A stretch of DNA of 64,000 nucleotides, taken from an uncultured Actinomycetota bacterium (GTDB lineage: Bacteria > Actinomycetota > Actinomycetes > JAHEKZ01). Both the position numbers and the translations under genes were made by a program. Below the pieces are notes generated by a model that made no database searches, was not told where the DNA came from, and saw only the letters and a list, made by a program, of their open reading frames with translations. Position 1 is the stretch's first letter. Every line of letters begins with the position of its first letter. This document shows, piece after piece, positions 61,010-64,000 of the stretch. Location of the stretch: assembly GCA_963718235.1 (NCBI GenBank), contig CAVQYR010000002.1, positions 352,001 to 416,000 on the forward strand, given 5' to 3'.

Positions 61010-62443
61010 TCAGCTCAACCCGTTGTCCGCGGTACGTGCTGGTCGGGCTGCCGTGCGCAGCCAGGCGTCGAAGAACGACGACAGGTCCTCACCACTGATC
61101 TGTTCGGCGAGTCGCTCGAACGCTGCACTACGTGCCGTCGAGCCCGACCGCTCGGCGACCCAGGTGCGCAGCAGGGACTCGAACTGTGGGTCACCGATCC
61201 GGTTGCGCAGGGCTTGCAGGGTCATGGCGCCCCGTTCGTAGACGGCCCAGTCGAACAGGTGGCTGGCTCCCGGGTCAGCGATCCGCAGCGTCCAGAACGG
61301 GTGCCTGGCGTCGAGGGCGGCGTAGCGTCGCTGCAGCCACGACGCCGCAGCTCGCCCGTGCGTGTCCTCGTCCCACTGCTTCTCGACGAAGGTCGCGAAG
61401 CCCTCGTTCAGCCAGATGTCTCGCCAGCGGTCGACCGAGACGGCGTCCCCGAACCACTGGTGCGCCAGCTCGTGCACGACCACCGACACCGCGGGCCTGC
61501 CGGCCCCCAGGTACGGGTACGTCGGCCGTGACTGGTTCTCCAGGGCGAAGCCGCTGTACAGCGACGTCACGACGCCCCCGGTGGTGGTGAACGGGTAGGG
61601 GCCGTAGTGGTCGGCGAGCCAGCTCACGATGCTCGGGGTCCGTCGCAGCAGGCGAAGCGAGCGGGACTGCTGCCCTGCGCCGAGCGCGCGGGACACGGCC
61701 AGGGTGTAGGGCAGCCCGTCGGAGACGCCGGTGTCGAGCCGGAACCGTCCGGCGGCGAAGAAGGCCAGGTAGCTGGCCATGGGGTCATCCATCGACCAGT
61801 GCCAGGAGGTGAAGGACCGGCCGACGTGGCGGGAGAGCAGGACCCCGTTGCTGACGGCCTGCTGGCCGCGGGGGACGCGCACGGTGATGTCGTAGGTCGC
61901 CTTGTCCCGAGGGTGGTCGTTGGAGGGGAACCACCAGGCGGCGATCTCCGGCTCACCCATCGCCACGGCCTCCTTCGGCCCGGAGATCCAAGGGGCGGTC
62001 CCGTCGACGACGAGCCGCTCCGGGTTGCCGTGGAACCAGACGGTGACCGCGAAGCGGGCGCCCGGTGCAGCCGGACGGTCGGGCCAGACGACGAGCTCGT
62101 GCCGGTCGCGCTGCACGTACCGGGCGTCGACGCCGTCCACGACGACGCGGTCGACCTGCAGCGCGAGGTCGAGGTTGAACCGCCGCAGGGGCTGGCTGGC
62201 CACGGCCCGAATCGTGGTGCGGCCGGTCAGCTTCCCGCTGGCCGTGCGGTAGGTGTCGACGATGGAGTAGTGGGTGACGTCGTAGCCCCCGTTGCCGTAG
62301 GTCGGGAAGTAAGGGTCTCCGACCCCGGCTGACCCCACGTCTGGGGCAGCGGCCCCGGCGCCGCTGCCGGCGCCGAGCAGCCAACCCACCGACGCGACGA
62401 GCGCGCACAAGGTGGCGGCGCGCCACCGGCTGGGGGCCGTCAC
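61010..62443 (-). CDS. secreted M1 family metallo-aminopeptidase
   Basis: GDPYFP..GNGGYDV, ALENQ, HELAHQWFG...WLNEGFA. Confidence 0.92.
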   Translation of the reverse strand: MTAPSRWRAATLCALVASVGWLLGAGSGAGAAAPDVGSAGVGDPYFPTYGNGGYDVTHYSIVDTYRTASGKLTGRTTIRAVASQPLRRFNLDLALQVDRVVVDGVDARYVQRDRHELVVWPDRPAAPGARFAVTVWFHGNPERLVVDGTAPWISGPKEAVAMGEPEIAAWWFPSNDHPRDKATYDITVRVPRGQQAVSNGVLLSRHVGRSFTSWHWSMDDPMASYLAFFAAGRFRLDTGVSDGLPYTLAVSRALGAGQQSRSLRLLRRTPSIVSWLADHYGPYPFTTTGGVVTSLYSGFALENQSRPTYPYLGAGRPAVSVVVHELAHQWFGDAVSVDRWRDIWLNEGFATFVEKQWDEDTHGRAAASWLQRRYAALDARHPFWTLRIADPGASHLFDWAVYERGAMTLQALRNRIGDPQFESLLRTWVAERSGSTARSAAFERLAEQISGEDLSSFFDAWLRTAARPARTADNGLS

Positions 62444-62955
62444 GGGGAACGACGCCTGGGTCGGCGGCCGATCATCAGCGGCGTGGGTCCCTCGGTCGTG
62501 GCGGAGGTGACGACCGGTACGGCGCGGTGCGACCCGGGGTCCATGCTTCCCGGCGCCTCGACGACGGACCCGGTGGGCGACAGCCGCCAGATCCGGCTGG
62601 ACTCCCGCCATCGGTCGATCGTGGTCTCACCGTCGACGCTGTTGAGGCGCTTGGCGTGCAGTGCCTCGGCGGCGGAGCTCCAGGCGGCGGAGTCGTTGGT
62701 CAGCTCCGTCACCCGAACCTCGACGGCAACGACCCGCGACTGCGTCTCCTTGCTGCGCAGCACGAGCGTGGCTTCGGTGTCAGGGGTGAGACCCGGGTCA
62801 GGCTGCTCCCCACCGCCGGTGACGACGACGATCGCGTCGTCGTGCCAGATGAGCCACAGCGCGCGGGCGGCTCGAGCGGGATCGCCGACGTCGACCCAGC
62901 CGATCGACCCCTTGCGCGCCGCCTCGGCCACCAGGGCCTGCTCCCACGCGGTCAC
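62440..62955 (-). CDS. conserved actinobacterial hypothetical protein
   Basis: ALVAEAARK...W...GGGEQP...KRLN; GTGA-coupled to the M1 peptidase. Confidence 0.65.
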   Translation of the reverse strand: MTAWEQALVAEAARKGSIGWVDVGDPARAARALWLIWHDDAIVVVTGGGEQPDPGLTPDTEATLVLRSKETQSRVVAVEVRVTELTNDSAAWSSAAEALHAKRLNSVDGETTIDRWRESSRIWRLSPTGSVVEAPGSMDPGSHRAVPVVTSATTEGPTPLMIGRRPRRRSP

Positions 62956-63148
62956 CTGCTGAGCCTCCCACACCGACCTGATGAGTCGGTGGGTGCGGCA
63001 GCGGCGACAAGTGCGGTGTCGCGGCCCGCTGCTCGCCGGGATCGAGCTCGTCGTCAGGAGCAGCCGTACGGGTACTGCCGCATCCGTCCCGTCCCTGGAG
63101 TGACCCGGTCTGGCTAGGCTCGACCATGACGCGACGAAAGGAACCCTG

Positions 63149-64000
63149 ATGACCGACCGCACCCTGCGGCCGCGCCGTAGCAACCTCGCAGTTCCTGGCA
63201 GCAGCCCGAAGATGCTCGAAAAGGCGAAGGGACTTGCGGCTGACCAGGTGTTCCTCGACCTGGAGGACTCCGTCGCGCCGATCGCCAAGGCCGACGCGCG
63301 CGCCAATGTCGTCGCGGCGCTGAACGAGGGTGGCTACGGCGACAAGATCCGCACGGTGCGGGTCAACGACTGGACCACCGAGTGGACCTACCGCGACGTC
63401 GTCACCGTGGTCGAAGGCGCCGGGGCGAACCTCGACTGCGTCATGTTGCCCAAGGTGCAGACGCGGGAGCAGGTGGTCACCCTCGACACCCTGTTGACCC
63501 AGATCGAGAAGGCCAACGGCCTGGAGGTCGGAAGGCTCGGGATCGAGGCGCAGATCGAGAACGCGCTGGGGCTGACCAACGTCGACGCGATCGCCGCCGC
63601 CAGCCCTCGCGTGGAGGCCGTCATCTTCGGACCGGCCGACTTCATGGCCAGCATCAACATGAAGACCCTTGTCGTCGGTGAGCAGCCGCCCGGGTACGTC
63701 GAGGGCGATGCCTACCACTACATCCTGATGCGCATCCTGATGGCCGCCCGCGCGTACGACAAGCAGGCCATCGACGGTCCCTACCTGCAGATCCGCGATG
63801 TCGACGGCTACCGACGGGTGGCCGAGCGGAGTGCGGCCCTGGGCTTCGACGGCAAGTGGGTCCTGCACCCCGGCCAGGTCGACGCAGCCAACGAGGTCTA
63901 CTCGCCGCGCCAGGACGACTTCGACCACGCCGAGCTGATCCTCGACGCCTACGCCTACTACACCTCCGCCGAGGGCGGCGGCCGGGGAGCGGTCATGATC
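63149..64000 (+). CDS. CitE/HpcH family CoA-ester lyase, 3' end outside window
   Basis: RRSNLAVPGS, LDLEDSV, VRVN, LPKV, AQIE, FGPADF, GFDGKWVLHP. Confidence 0.92.
   Translation, partial: MTDRTLRPRRSNLAVPGSSPKMLEKAKGLAADQVFLDLEDSVAPIAKADARANVVAALNEGGYGDKIRTVRVNDWTTEWTYRDVVTVVEGAGANLDCVMLPKVQTREQVVTLDTLLTQIEKANGLEVGRLGIEAQIENALGLTNVDAIAAASPRVEAVIFGPADFMASINMKTLVVGEQPPGYVEGDAYHYILMRILMAARAYDKQAIDGPYLQIRDVDGYRRVAERSAALGFDGKWVLHPGQVDAANEVYSPRQDDFDHAELILDAYAYYTSAEGGGRGAVMI

Overview
High-GC actinomycete chromosomal segment. The backbone is the conserved actinobacterial block: opp ATPases, S9 peptidase, mshB ... vanW-like, fdxA, dapC/dapD/dapE, LOG, folP2, DUF3117, pepA, O-methyltransferase, sigE-rseA-htrA-tatB, mrp, TPP-riboswitch ykoEDC, mgtE-like, citE-like. 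Two accessory regions interrupt it. (1) About 5.2-23.5 kb: an FtsH-like paralogue, then a chemosensory cluster (cheW, four membrane MCPs, hybrid cheA-REC, a REC-GAF regulator; no cheR/cheB) with a 1803-aa LPxTG-anchored DUF11-repeat surface protein embedded in it. The four MCP signalling domains are nearly identical in DNA over 0.73-0.89 kb, and eight 375-bp DUF11 repeats are nearly identical. Both repeat sets switch abruptly to strongly G/T-skewed codon usage, the signature of GRINS-type gene-conversion tracts, here outside PKS genes. A 20-bp motif joined to a sigma28-like promoter recurs upstream of the cluster genes. (2) About 26-34 kb: DinB, MDR, SnoaL, a frameshifted IS110 with a candidate bridge-RNA end, a truncated VOC gene and two divergent ECF sigma/membrane-partner pairs. 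Several single-base frameshifts in otherwise intact genes suggest assembly indels. No rRNA, tRNA or CRISPR array was seen.
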